This document shows, in pieces, positions 25,400 through 39,259 of a stretch of 64,000 nucleotides of DNA. Position numbers and translations under genes: made by a program. This DNA comes from Vicugna vicugna (lineage: Eukaryota). Below the pieces are notes generated by a model. That model made no database searches. It was not told where the DNA came from and worked only from the letters and a program-made list of their open reading frames with translations. The stretch's first letter is position 1, and every line of letters starts with the position of its first letter. The stretch is from NCBI GenBank assembly GCA_013265495.1, contig MU058065.1, forward strand, positions 3,823,003-3,887,002, written 5' to 3'.

Positions 25400-25720
25400 T
25401 GTGTGGGAAAGCACTTTATAAAGATGATATTTAGGTAATACGGGGACATCAATTATTATGCAAAACATTATGCAAATTCAATTAAAGGGAGCACCACAAC
25501 GGTAGTTTTTCTAAACTTTCCCTTGTGTCAGCCTGAAAAAAGTTGAGAAGTGCTGTGTTAAGCTAATATTGGTCTGCACAAGATTTTTCAGAATAAAAGT
25601 GCAGTAGCGATTAACCCATCAAAAAGTTATTTATGAAAATAAATAAAGCAGCAGCATGTCACCTGTTTCCCATTAATAATAGAGATTTCATAATTACAGA
25701 AGTATCTTGGTGAAATTACT
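25400..25720. promoter_or_regulatory. Candidate enhancer with tandem POU sites
   Basis: ATTATGCAAA at 25455 and ATTATGCAAAT at 25467 (octamer 25470-25477); TGTCACCTG and several TAAT downstream. Confidence 0.35.
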
Positions 25721-26239
25721 TGAGTCTTCTATATCAAAATAAATATATTTTATTCTGTTCATATTTCACTACATTCTACAAAGTTATTATTCTCTTGGGC
25801 TTTTGTTCCCTGGATTTATATGGTATCTATTTCTCTTAATACCTTTATCTGCCATACCAATTTTTTAAAAGTGAGTTGTTGTTTTCTTACCAAAGTGTGA
25901 CATAAATACATACAGAAAGGGGTACCAATCACTGTGTATAGCTCAATGAAGTTTTACAAAGTGAATACATGTGTAACCACCACCCAGACCATTACGTGTA
26001 GGCTACAGCAGCCTACTGAATGCCACTTGCCACTCATTCATTTGCTCTGGTCAAAGGGGATCATTATTCTGACACCTTAAATTATTTTTGACTGTCTTTG
26101 GGCTCTGTATACATGGAATCTTGCAGTGAGTGCTTCTATGGGCCAGGGTTCTTTTGCTCAATATTACGTTTGTAAGAGCTTTCCATGTTGTTGTATATCA
26201 TAGAGGTTTGTATATTTGCTTTGGTTTTACAGTGTTCTG

Positions 26240-26655
26240 TCATACAGCAGCCATGGAGATGTGAGTATCAGTGCCTTTGGGATCCACTGTCGCCTTCAAA
26301 CCTAGGACTTGCTACCCATGGGCGACATCCAGCCAGTGACATACTAGGAGGGGGCAAGCATGAAGGCTGGAGGATTTCTGCTCAATATGGGGCTCCTCCA
26401 TGGGCAATATTTGCCTAGGAGGTCCCCATGGAACTGGCTGAGACATTCTCAAAGCCACACCGTAGTCTGAAGCACTTCCCATCCCAATCTTCCTTCCTTT
26501 TCCCTTACTTTCACAAGGGTTAGACCTGCATTGCCTTCTGAAGATTTACCCTGTCTACTCTTGCTCTATCTATCTCACAGGCATTACTCTCAAATAAATA
26601 CCTTGCACTCCTGACTGTATCTGATCGTTTGATTCCCAGAGGATATGAATTGACA
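26240..26655 (+). mobile_element. ERVL solo LTR (LTR16C-like) nested in L1
   Basis: CCAGCCAGTGAC, GAACTGGCTGAGACATTCTC, CTCACAGGCATTACTCTCAAATAAATACCTTGCAC, end TTCCCAGAGGATATGAATTGACA. Confidence 0.7.
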
Positions 26656-29524
26656 TATTTTACAGTTATTGCACCTCAATTTGTTTATCCATCCTACTGT
26701 TGATAAACAGTTTGATTCTTTCCAGTCCTGGAGCACTATGAATAGTGCTATTGAAAATATTCTTGCACATGCATTTTGGTGCACTGTTGTATGCAAATCA
26801 GTTGAATCAGTGTGGAATTGCTGGTCCTGGCAGAGTTTAATCAGATGATTGTACTAGTCTATGTTGTCACCAGTAGCTTATAAAAGTTTCAAGTGCTCCA
26901 CAAATTTTCCCACACTTGTCAGTTTAATATATTTTTTTTGCTGCTTAGATTCTCTGTCTTATGATGTTGAACACATTTTAATATATGTTTATTCATCATT
27001 TGTATATTTTTTTATGTGAGGTGTCTATTCATAGGTGATCATTTTTCTATTACTCATCTATATTTCTCTTATTGACTTGTTGAAGTTCTTTATATATTCT
27101 GAATATTACTTCTAAATATATTTTCCCACTCTGCGGATGCTTTTATACATTACTAATGATGATTTTGATACAGGGAAGTTCTTAATTTTAGTGTAATTTA
27201 CTAATTTTTTTCTTCTCTGTAAATTCTTGGACTGTTTAAGAAACTTTTGCCCTTCTAAAGCTCATGAAGATAGCTGTAATATTTTCTTCTAGAAGCTTTT
27301 ACTTTTGCATTTACTTCTATTTTCCACAGTGTAGGTTTATAATCTACCTGGAGGTGATTTTTGTGTATAATGTGTTTCAGGGATCACGATTAATTTTTTT
27401 TAAATATATAGATATCCATTTGACTCTTCATCATTTATTAAAAAGGCCATCCTTTCTTCATTGCATGGCACTGTCAACTTTGTCATAAATCATGTAGCCT
27501 ACTTTATTTCCTATTTTGTTCCATTTATATATGTGTGTATCCTTAAATCAATACTATACGCTTTTAATTACTTAACTTTATGATAAATCTAGCTATCTAG
27601 TGATTGGTTCTTCCACATTTTTCCTTTTACCTCAAAATTGTCTTGGCTATTCTAGAATTTTCATATAAAATTTATAATTAAATGGCCAAGTCATGTAAAT
27701 ACACTGGTGGAATTTTGATTGAGGTTTATTGATCTATAGATCAGTGTGGAGAAACTGACTTCTTACCACGTCAATATTGAATTCTCTAATCCAAGTACGT
27801 GGTCTATCCCTCCATTAGTTTAGATACTCTTTAATTAACTTCAGTAATGATTTCTGACTTATAGGTTTTATTTGATTTATTCCAGTGATTAGTTTTGATA
27901 GCATTATCAAGTTCTATTTTCAAATTTTGTTTTCTGATGATTTGGTTTTGCCACAGATATGAACTTAATTTTGTCTAGTGACCTGATAGGCAACAAGTCT
28001 GCAATTCAAGTTTAAGTTTTGCTATTTAGTATTAACTTATTAAGTTCATAGTTTCTTTATGGTTTTCTCTGTATATGTTTATATTATCTACAAAAAATGA
28101 GAGATTTAATATTTTCTTCATATCTTCATACCTTTTTCATTTCTTATTATATGACGTTGGCCAAGGTCTTCCTTGCATTGTTGAATAACAGTGTGATGAC
28201 AAGCATCTCTGTTTCATTCTTGATCTTGGAAATGGCAGGAGGGGCTTTTAATGTTTCACCAGTAACTGTTGTTTTCTGAGGAGTTATTCCCCTTGCTGGA
28301 TTAAAAAAATTTTCTGTTCCTTGTTTACTAAAAGCTTCGTTTTTATCATAAATGTGTATTGAATTTTGTCAAATGTATTTCTGCATCTGTTGAAAGGTTT
28401 TTCCTTTTTATATTGTTAATACGGTGAATTACACTGATCTATTTTCAAATGTTAACTCGTCCTTTAAAAAAAATCCTGGAATAAATCTCAGTTGGTAATG
28501 ATGTATTATCCTGATTGTATTTTCACTGAGTACAATTGGTTAATATTTGTTTAAAACTTTCATGCCCAAATTCATAAGAGAAATTTGCCTATAATTTTCC
28601 TCTCTTGTAATGTCCTTGTCAGGTCTCGACATCAAGGTAATCTTCCCGCAAAGAAAAAGTTGTATAATTTCTTTTTTAAAAAAATATTTTCCTATTCTCT
28701 AGAAGAGTTTACTTAATATTGGCATCATTTTCTCTTTAGATATATGAGACATTTTACTAATGAAGCCATCTAGACCTGTAGTTTTCTCTATGGCTGTACT
28801 TTGAAATTACCAAATAAATTTCCTTTATCAATATAGGTTATCCAGATTTTTAAATTTTTTGTGTGTGTCAGTTTTATTAAGAAGAATTTTTCAAAGGTAT
28901 TTACACTTTATTTCAGACTTCAGATTTACTGGTATAAATACCCTCTTACTGTCTTTTAAATTTCCATAGGATCTGTAATGATGGTCCCTTTTACTACCCT
29001 GATATTGTTTGTGCCTTCTTTCTTTCTCTTTTTTTCTTGCACTTTATTGCTGGTGATTTATCGATTTTATCACTGTTTTGAAAGGATGCTTCTCTATTTT
29101 TTCCTGTTGTATGTTTACTGTCCATTTAATTGGTTTCTGCTCTTCCCCCTTTCTTTGAGATGAATTATACCTTTTCTTTGAGAGAAATACTTAAATATAT
29201 GTATATATTTATGTTAAATATCTGAATATAAATATAAATATCCAGAGAAGATTTATTTTATTTCCTGTAGGAGATCAGCATATGTGTAGATCATCTTGAT
29301 CCAATTAGATACTTCAAGGCTGAGATTCAGATTTCATGAAGAATTTCCTGTTCTCAATTTTCAGTTTTTTCTAATTCCTAGGATTTTGCTATTCAGGAAT
29401 CTCAACTAAAAACCTGGAATGTAGACCAGAGTTGGTTCTCCCTGGCAGGTCCTGAAAGCCAGTTTTTTTCCTCCCTACTTCATGGGACAGCTGAAAGCTC
29501 TTCTTAGCTTTTTTTATCTGTTTG

Positions 29525-29850
29525 TTTTAACTCATAAATGACTTTTTAGGAAAGCTTCAGGTTCATAGCAAAATAAAGTGAAAAGCACAGAGAATTCTCA
29601 AACACTCCATGTCCCCCTACACTCAACTTCTCTCACTATCACCATGCTGCACCAGAGCAACACATTGGTTACAGCTGACACATCATGGACAGTGATGCAT
29701 CATTATCACCCGAAGTCCACAGTTTACATTAAGGTTCTTTCTTGGTGTGCGTCTTTCTGGTTTTGATACCATGCAATGACATGTATCCACCATTGTAGTA
29801 TCGTACTAAATAGTTCCACTTCCCTAAAGGCCCCTTGTGCTCTGCCTGTC
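29525..29850 (-). mobile_element. L1MD-like 3' end nested in older L1
   Basis: AGGTTCATAGCAAAAT, CATCATTATCACCCGAAGTCCACAGTTTACATTAAGGTT, CCACCATTGTAGTATCGTAC. Confidence 0.75.
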
Positions 29851-30279
29851 CTTTTAAGGCTTTTCATTGCTTCATTTTTATTAATTTGTTGTCCTCTTGC
29901 TTCCAAAATCTTAAGATTCGTCAGACACTGAAAGTTCAGAAGCTGCAGACTGTTAGACTCCTTTCCCTGAGATTCTCTTTTCTTTGATGTCTCTTCTCTT
30001 AAGTCTTGAATACCTTGATTGTCTTCCAGAGTCTCAAATAGCTGCTGTTTCATTCTGTTTTGTTTTATACTATAAACAGCTTTTATGTTGTTTCTTACGG
30101 AAAGATTTTTATCTGACAGAAGCTAGTCCTCCAGCCATGTCAACTTTGTAGAAAAACTAATATCACTGTTTCCATTTGAGCTAATTATTTTGTTGACATA
30201 TAAAGACCACAGAGTTTTTAGGCTAGAGAAAAACTTCCAATGTGCCGAATGCATTTTTTACCCCAATAAAGCCCAGCTA

Positions 30280-30420
30280 CTCATTCATTCATTCATTCAT
30301 TCATGCCTCAACAAGTGTTTATTGAATAGCACTTAGTATGTGAAATGTGGAATGTACTAGACTCTTGGAATACAGAAGTAAATTTAGCAATAGTTACTGG
30401 ATTTGAGGAGTTTCAGCCTC
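30280..30420 (-). mobile_element. L2 3' end with (CATT)n tail
   Basis: CATTCATTCATTCATTCATTCATGCCTCAACAAGTGTTTATTGAATAGCAC. Confidence 0.7.
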
Positions 30421-31009
30421 TAGATTGCATAAGTGAAAAGATTAGAAAGTAGAAAGATACCAAGCTTTGGACTCAGATTGACTAGGATTATTTATTAGTT
30501 GTGATCTTGAACAAGTTATTCAGGTATTTCCTAGCTTTAGCTTGGGAAAATATTGAGTGTCAGAAGATTAGACAGAAAGGATATGACACGCCTAACACTA
30601 TGCCTGTACTATAGTAAGATATAAATACTTTGTCTGTCTTCTTGTTTTTCCATGTGAAGAGATATGAAATAAAAAGTGTCTGGGAGTGTTTGTGGAGGAT
30701 AAGGGAAGATTTTACTGAGGATAAATATACAAAGAATATAGGAGATCACCATTCAATTAGATGGCAAGGGTAGGGCTACTGTGCATGTATGAGCGCAGGG
30801 TCAAAATGGGTTTGGGAGACAGGAAGAAGGAATCTACTGACATGGAATGAATTGTACAAGTCTCCCTTCCTTTTATATCACAAATTGAGCATTTTTAATG
30901 TGTCTGGTACAGTTTCATCAAGAAACAATTGTGAGCAAGTTAGACATGGTAGATTGACTTGTACAAAGCTTACTAATAAGGGTAAGACAAGCAAGTAGTC
31001 AGCTACAAA

Positions 31010-31445
31010 TAGCATGGTGCTATAGATCTTTTGGGGTAATAGCTTACCCCATAGCCATTGCTCTCTTCTCTGAAATGAGCCTTCTGCTAGATGCCTAACT
31101 TAAACAGAACCAGCAGGATTATGGCAGAAATTTGGAGAATTGCCATTCAGGGACATTCAATTTTTTGCATGTGAATAAAGCCATGGTAGGTCATAGTCTT
31201 CCATATGGCTAGAGAGCAGAGAAAGCTGGTTTGCAGAAACTGACAAGGAGGAAATAGATATAGAGAGGGCAGCAAAAATGAAGGAGAAGGAATTCTATCA
31301 ACTTTCAATTTCTGGTTCTAGTCCTTTCCTAAAGCCTGATTTCAACCCTACCCTTGAATTAGGTAAGATCACACACATCTGTATATTGCTAATATCCCAC
31401 AAGCTGATTTCCATGTCTTGCAGCCGAAAGTCTTAATAGTCTTAC
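31010..31445 (+). mobile_element. MaLR solo LTR (old MLT1) within an L2 remnant
   Basis: GCCATGGTAGGTCATAGTCTTCCATATGG, CTGGTTCTAGTCCTTTCCTAAAGCC, end TCTTGCAGCCGAAAGTCTT. Confidence 0.5.
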
Positions 31446-32949
31446 AATAGACGCTGAGATAGAGGATATATACTTTGCCAGAGAATCACATATGATGAGC
31501 CTGTAATGACATTTAATTTGTAGGTCAGGAAACAATCTTGGAGAAAGCCATGTCTAAGCTGAGCTCAGAAAAATCAGCAGGAGTTACTCAGGTGAAAAGA
31601 AGAGACAAGATTGTTCTAAGCAGAAGGAACTGAAGAGGTGAGTGGGTGGTGGATGAGTAACTACAGAATTTCCAGCTACTGTAGCACAGAGTTGGGAGGC
31701 TGGAAAGGAGAGGTGAACACGTCAGATCATCCAGGCCTAGCTGGGAGGAATGAGTGTGATGTGGACCTCTCAGCCTCCTAATTACATGTGCAGAGTTTCC
31801 CCACAGTCAAAGTCTGGTCTGTTACCCCATCCCAACTTACCTCCACAGAGGAAAACCAAAGTGTCTTGAGCCCTTGATTGGATAGAAGCTCTGGTTAGGA
31901 ACTGGGCATTTGGTCTCATTCCTTCCCTCTCTGCCTTCCTGTTTAATTGGCTCTTCAGAAATGCAGTTTGTGCCAATGGGATGGTGGGTGAACATTCCCA
32001 AGATGGCTAATGAATGGAGATTTAGATACTCTGTTCATGGGATGGGGGATCCAAACATGGTAAATGGGTTAGGACTTCATTAGAGGACTCTGTAGGGCCT
32101 ATGAAGTCTTCTAGTATTGATTTATTCTGATTAGGTAGGCCAAATCAGAGAAGTGAGTTAAAAGTTAACAGTAAGACCCTCTGGTTTTATTTGAGTAAAA
32201 CATTCTCTTTGGTATGTTTTAGTCTCCTTAGAAACAACTTGAGTTATTTGGAGATATGTGTTAAATAATTACACAGTCACTAAATACTTTGTTTTTGTAA
32301 CTGACACTTCTCTCAGGCTGGTATTAAAGAGTGTGACTCTTCTGTCAGTAACTTTGGATGTGGGAGGAAGCAGAGCTGCCCTGGCACATTGTTATTTCCC
32401 TTAGATTCCACAGCCATATGGGGTCTGGAACAAGACCCCAATGTCACTGCGTGTTGGAGACTGTGTCCCTAGTTCTTCCTCTTCTTCTAACAAGGGACAT
32501 CATATTTCTCCGTCAAGTCCAGGCCTTCCCCTTCCTACTGCTTAATCAGAGGCAGAATAGGACTGATTTGGTATGTTTTCATCTTATCTTGGAAAGCTGT
32601 GCACTTGACCAGACTCAAACCCAGACTCTCCATCAGTCATTTCAGATGGCCTTACTGTTTATCCTGGGCTGATACCTGTTTATCTGGAACAGCCTCTTTC
32701 TCTCCAGTCAACATCTAATATCAAGTGGCAGGTAGCCCAAGAAGTATTTAGAAGATGATAAATTAAATGGAAAAAAAAAAAAACAACGAAGACAGGGAAT
32801 AAGGAAACTTTGTAATCATGGCAGGTGCGTGGGAATGCTAAAGGTACAGTCAAAACACCCCCAAATACGTGAGAATAGGAGCCTATGGAAACCTGAGTGT
32901 TTGGGGGAGGTGGTGGTGGTGGTGGTGTCAGGCTGACCCTCATGGACAA

Positions 32950-33150
32950 AATCTTTAAGTGCTTTCTGTGTGATGGAGACTGGGTTTAGCACTTTTTGTG
33001 GATCATCTTATTTAATATAGGCGTCCTGCTGAGTCAGATGTTACCACTGGCTCTATTTCATGGAGAAATCATTCACTGAAGATCCCATAGAATAGCAAAT
33101 TGCAGGGGAGGACCTGAGCCCTGGTCTGTGTGACTGCGGGACCCGTGTCT
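32950..33150 (-). mobile_element. MIR
   Basis: ATTTCATGGAGAAATCATTCACTGAAGATCCCATAG...GACCTGAGCCCTGGTCTGTGTGACT. Confidence 0.55.
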
Positions 33151-33599
33151 TTAACCTCATCCCCACAAGCCAATCGCTCTGCCTTTTCACTTTAGCAGCT
33201 TGATCTTGGGCCTCCTGTTTATTTGGGCTTGCTGGGCATTTCCACCTTGTGACTTTATCAAAGCTCTGCCTGGTCACACTTGCCACCTTATTTCCCAGTA
33301 TTAGCACAATCTGGATGCCAGCTATAACTACACAACGTACTCAGGTATGAACGATTATACCCGGGGAGGCAGGTGGGCAGAGAGCCTAGGTTCTGTCCTG
33401 TGTGATTACCATACTACTGCTGCTCCTAAGCCTCCCTTGCTCAGTAAAGCAGTACTCACCTCATCTGCATTTGTTCTTGGTTCCTGCTACGCAGCAGCCT
33501 GGCACCACCCCCTCAGCCTCACAACTGCAGACTCTCAGTCAATCTGGCTCCTCATGTCAGCACTCCCTGCCTGTGACTTGCTCCCACACCCGCTCCTTG

Positions 33600-35080
33600 G
33601 TGGGGCTTTAGTAATTCAACCCAACTGTCCAACTGAAGGGCCCTGCCATGGGCGGGGGGGAGGGAGCAGGGGAGCAAGGAGGGACGCTGACGAATGGGTG
33701 AACTGTCAGTCCTTTGTCCATTCCTCGGGTTGCCATTTCAACATCTTTGCTGAAACGGAATTTGAATTTCAAAAGGTTTAAAGAACACTTCTCAAACCCA
33801 CAATTTCCCAGCAGCTTGAAAACCTCTTAAAACACTACCTTCAATCTGCTGCTAACGATGAGTGGATGCTGAGTACTTCTGTGAGCTGTGTCATGCTGGT
33901 TAGTCATGAGCTGCCTTCCTTGTCTCCTTGGCTCACCCACAAGCGAGCATTCAAACCATGGAGGCTCCCTTTGGCTTCTGGGAAGAATAATCCAGTTCTC
34001 AGAAAGCTGCTACCTATGGCGTCTCCGCAGAGGAATAATTCCCGAACTGTGGAAGGGGAGCTCATCTAAATAAGGAAATGGAGACCTGGATTCGAGGGTG
34101 CAGGGGTGCAGGGGGGATTTACGCCGGAAGCACAGGGAGGGGGTTCCTCTTCCCCCCTTCCCTCCCCCGGGGTAGCCTTTGAGGTTGATATCTTGGTTGT
34201 GACCTATTTCTGGCCACACAGTCACTTTTATTTAGGGTGAAGGAGGCTGCTGTGAGAGCTTCGGTGGGAGTTCCACTGTCAATTCTGCATTAAAGGACCA
34301 TTAAAATAAAGTGTTACTGTAAGTAGCTCTGTCTGTTAGATATTTCTCAGAAGAGTTTGTGCCTCTACTGAGGGCTGCTTGCTCGGTCTTTCCATTTTCG
34401 GGAGGGGGAATCATGCCCCCAACGAACAGAACCTTTTTAATTGATTATAAAAACAGAAGAGAACATAGCAGTGGGAATTGCTGGCAAGGCTTTACAGCAA
34501 GTGGCGAATCACTGCATATTCATTTGTTTCTCATTGGCCAAGATGAATCCTCTTTTGGTATTAAAGCAAATGTGCTGTGAAGTTGCAGAGGACAGGGTTT
34601 AGCAACTTTTCCTGGCTGGAGGCCTGGGTAATTTTTTCTGTGGAGTGGGAGGAGGGCCAGGAAGTGATGGGGGTCGGGAGCTGCTCGGGAGAACGGGGAG
34701 CGATGAGGCAGACTGTTTTAATGAAGGCAGGAGCTGTGTTGAACTGAGACGGCTTCCGAAGTAGCTGAAAAGAACGGTTTTATCTGTGTAGGTGTAAAGC
34801 GGGAGGATTGGATTCCAGGGCGGTAACTGCAGGAATAATCTGACTGCAGAGCGGCCGTCCTGGGCACATAATTCACCTAGTCTGGTTGTCCAAGAAACAG
34901 GACCAAATTAAAATTTTTAAGACAGAAGAGAGGAAGTAGTTCATCTGACCTCACTTTCCATGCCTCCCCCATAACCACGTGGATACTCAGGTCGCTGGGC
35001 AGAATCTGGCTACATATTATAGGAACTAAGGAGACGATACGGCATCCTCACTCTCTCTTATTGCCCCCTGTGTCGGTCTT
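33600..35080. promoter_or_regulatory. GC/CpG-enriched unique region, candidate enhancer or weak promoter
   Basis: More CpGs than flanks, GC box GGGCGG at 33650, RFX-like GTTGCCATTTCAAC 33729-33742, ETS-like CCGGAAG and AGGAAGTG, TGCATATTCAT, TTGGCCAA. Confidence 0.35.
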
Positions 35081-38000
35081 TTATAAACATCCATCTTCCT
35101 TCCCTTCCATCTCATTGTCTTCAATTCCCAGAGGTCCCCTTCTGCTCCAGTCAATCTGGACCCACACAGACTAGTGTTACGTTAAAAAGTCAGTTTCATC
35201 CTCCTTGGGACACATGCTATTCCTTTCACCTGAGCCACTTTTCTCCAACCCCCTGCTCCTTCCCGCAGGGCAGAACTGGCTCTTACTCATCCTTCCAGCT
35301 ATAACTTAATGCTGCCTCTTCAAGAAAGCCTTCCATGGACCAGCTGGAGCTCTCCTGCTGGGGCACTTTTCACACTGTGTTTTTCCTTTATAGCAAGTAC
35401 CACAACTTTAAATAATGACTACCTCTCCCCAGCATAATATGCATCTTTCTGGCAGATCTTAATAACTATCAATGAGAAGTCACAAATTATGTATTTCATT
35501 TATTCATTTCATCATGAAAAATTAACATTATCAGAGCTCAGACTTAGTGATTTCAAGGGTGGAATCCTTGAGACAGAAGCATGGAGTCCTCCCTGCCCGA
35601 TCCTGGAAAATATTAGAAGATTCAGTCAGAGGTCTGTTCTTGTAACTCATCCAGGAGCTTTTATGAGTTCTGTAAACTCTTTCCTGCATTGCATTAAGTT
35701 CTGAAAAGCTGATGTATAATTAACAAGACATATGGCAAATATTTTAAGAAAAATTTCAAAAGGTTGAAGTGTGTGCTTGAAAATCTTAGGTAATTCTCAT
35801 AACTAGTTTGTCACTTGTTGCTTATGAATCTGCTGGGGAGTTTCCCCCAGTCACTGAATGTTGTCTTGTTCTATGGCGACTCCAGCCAAAGAGCAACCAT
35901 ATCCAGTGGAAACTCAGGGACACATATGATAAACATTTTATACTTAGAGGAAACACTTTCATCTGAATCGTCCAAGGCTGGTGGTTGGTTAATCATGTCT
36001 TTTAAATCAGTGAATAAGGGGAAAAAAAATAAAACATATTTAAATATTCTACTTTAAGTTGAAACATAAATATGTACCTGTTTTCTAACCTTATGATGTC
36101 AAAGCGGGTCTTCCCTTTGAGTTTGGGTTTATTGACTAAAGTCCTTCATCATCTTTCTTGCAACAGTCGCACACAAACTGCAAATCTGCATCTTCCAGTC
36201 TCTCTCCCTCTCTTTTCAAGAGAACTAAAAGACACTTGAGAGGGAAATCTGAAAGCAGAATCTTTTATATTTTAAGGTTTTCTCTTCCGTCTTTTACAGT
36301 TGCCTTTTAATTTAATACTTACACTTAATTTAATAACTTTTTTTTAGTAACTTGTCTTTAGTGCATCTTTCTAAGCATTCAACTAGTTTTCATAGAAATC
36401 ACTGTTTTCACGTTCAGATTTCATAGATTTGCATGATACATATCTAAGTTATTTAACTACAACAAATCATACAATTGGCATCAATGAATTTAGGAACAAA
36501 CACAACTGCATCTCGGAAAGCACATGACACAATTGATGGGACCAGAGAAAGAGAGCATCTTGGCCAAGAGTGATCAGTATCAGTTAACGTGAGCATCAGT
36601 CAGGACATTTCATAGAGAGAATGGAGAGTGTCAGTTAATCCCTCAAACTGTTGTGCAGTGGTTAATTAAAAGAAGTCATTCTATGTCTAAATGTGTTTAA
36701 TATTTCATTAATGTCAGTCTCTCTTGACAGATAGAAAGTTCCATAGAGGAAAGAACAGTTCTTTTGGGTGGTAGGTGCTCAATCAGAGCTTGCTGAATTA
36801 ATGGATGGCCTTGCAGATGCAAAACTCACTCTCCAGTTTATGCTTTTGATAATCATTTCCTTCAGGTCATTTCCTCCCTGCAAATAATTTTGGTAGAACC
36901 AACTTTATGGTTTTATTGATTGATTCCCTGGTAAGGCCAAGAATCACAAGAATCACTATAATAGCCTTAAGGGAAGAAAGTTTAACATTCCTTTCTCAAC
37001 CAAATAAAATAACAGAATAAGGATTGTCTACCATTCCAGAGATTTTCAATTTTTAAAAAAAGTGTCAAATTATTCCTAGTACTAACAACTACATCATAAA
37101 TAAATGTAACAAATGAAAATGTAATCACATTTAAAACCACAAAAATACTGGCACAAGAGATGTGTATTTACAATATAGCTAGAAATACCTAAATTAAAAT
37201 TAAAGGGTTTTATGGGACTTGATTATCTCTACATTCTTTTGCGGCTCTAAATGCTGACATCAGAAGAATGATTCTTGATGCATGATCCTGAAGTTACGAG
37301 CAGATATGTTATGGGAACCTACTGCTCGCCCAATGCCTTGGTTGTGTGTGGGCCTCTGATGGCTTCAGATGGATAAGGTATGGTCTCTCTCTTTGACAAA
37401 ACTAGCATCCAGGGGACCAGACTGATTGGGATAGAAACATTTAACAAGAGAGAGTGAAAAAAAACTGCCCTGATGAGAAGGCATGGAGGAATGAGAGATA
37501 CAATCAAACTGGAGTGATTTAAAAAGAAATTTCTGAACCTACACAATGGTTTGCAACAGAGAAAAGCACACTTAACCTGCTTGGGAATATTAACTAGAGG
37601 TGTTGGCTTGAAAGAATACGGGTCTCTGGGACACAGAGAAGAGAGAATTCAACAGCCTGGAGGCTCTGTTCCTCTTCTCATTATTGTTTTTTTTTTTTTT
37701 TTTGTCGGGACCAGAGTCTAACTTATCTTAGTAAAGAACAGTAATAGTACCAAGACAATTGCTCTCCATGTGTCCAAGGTCAGCGGTCCCTCCTGAGCAG
37801 CAGTAAAGGCTAAAGTAAGGGCAGATGGGTGGTGGGAGGCTTCTAAGGCAGAAACAGCAAATTAAAAACTGGAGGTTTCAAAATCTGTTACAATTTCATG
37901 AGTACAGTCGTTAGCCGAGGTGTGTGGGTTTGGGTTTTTCCACAGCCATCTGTGGAAGTGACATTCACTGTGTCTCCCTCTCCATGGTCTGAGGGCGTGT

Positions 38001-39259
38001 GCTGAGGACAGATAATACCAGGGTTCCCCCTTCTGTGAGGTGACAAGCGTCTTTTCCAAAAGCTCATGAGAAATGTCAGAGCAGTTTGTGGTAGAAGAAT
38101 ATGGCTATAATAAGAGGTCTAATTGACAGTAGGAAAGAAAAAAAGTTAGCCTGGAGGGCAGGTGGTAAAATATCCCTTCTTAACTCTAGAATGAATGCTG
38201 GTGGGGATGGAAAAGTTAAGTTGTGTAATTAAAACCAGGTGCCGGGTGTACTAGGATGTTGATTTTGATCCAAGATTATCAGCAAGTGTCTTCCACGTTA
38301 GTCTCCAGAGATGTCCTGAGTGTAGTCAGGAGACAAATTAAGAGACTCTCCACTTACTCACAGTTTCCAACTTCCTTTTTGGTTGTATGCCACTTAACTA
38401 AGTGAACTTAAAGTGAGCAACTTAGATTTTAGGGAGAATAAACATTTTTTGTGTGATTTCCTGATATGGAATTCATCTTTACTATAATTATTTTTAAAGA
38501 ATATCTTCTAGGATCATGGAAGAATCTTTAAGAATGTGAGTGACATAAAATGGGTAGTAGGAAGAATCTATTACTCTGATGGATCCTGGCGTCCTGTGGG
38601 AATTGTGCTGGTTGAGTAGCAATAGTTAATTTTCTTGGGTCCACTGATACTGGCCAAACACCAACCTCCAAACAGATACATCTATCAACATTTTTCAAAT
38701 GAAGTCCTCCTAGGCTGGTAAATTGCCAGAGAGTGCAGACAAATTTACCTTTACTTTGAATAGTGATCCAATTTTTATGAAACACCTAGAGGAAAATTTC
38801 AAGAAACCACAAACCTCAGTTTTATTAATATTTCAATTGTGGAAAACTCTGCCTATACATCTGATTAACTAATGGACATGTCATAGCCAGTGAAAAAGCC
38901 CTAAAGAAACAGCATCTTTGTGATAAATAGCCCAACAAATTGTGGGAGCATTTTAAATATGTTGCATTATAAAGCAGGTAAGGGCCCTCTTTGATGACTC
39001 ACTTTTTTCCACACCCCTCTCTTTCTAGTGTGGTACCTCCTCCTTATCTCACTTCTTCAGGCATTCAGAATGTTCAAAACTTGTAATCTTTGTTCCATCT
39101 ACCTTCATTTCCTCCTCTCAAAGACTGTTCTTAGAAAAGATCTGATATTACATGTATATTAATGCACATTTAAGTCAGTGTGATACTTGGACTGGGCACA
39201 GGAAACATGGATGGAGGTGGGCAAGTGTTTTACATTTTAAACAATGGTAGAATGAGATT

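Larger units (their letters stand above)
25870..30140 (-). mobile_element. Old L1ME-like element (3'UTR, decayed ORF2, 5'-end-like sequence) with nested LTR16 and L1MD
   Basis: Antisense L1 ORF2 remnants 26660-29160 (e.g. CATCATTTATTAAAAAGGCCATCCTTTC, TCTGCATCTGTTGAAA); L1ME 5'-like CTCAACTAAAAACCTGG and GCTGAAAGCTCT near 29400-29500. Confidence 0.7.

Noticed and set aside
33347..33781. 144-aa ORF in the GC-rich block
   Set aside because: No domain or splice support; open frames are longer in GC-rich DNA
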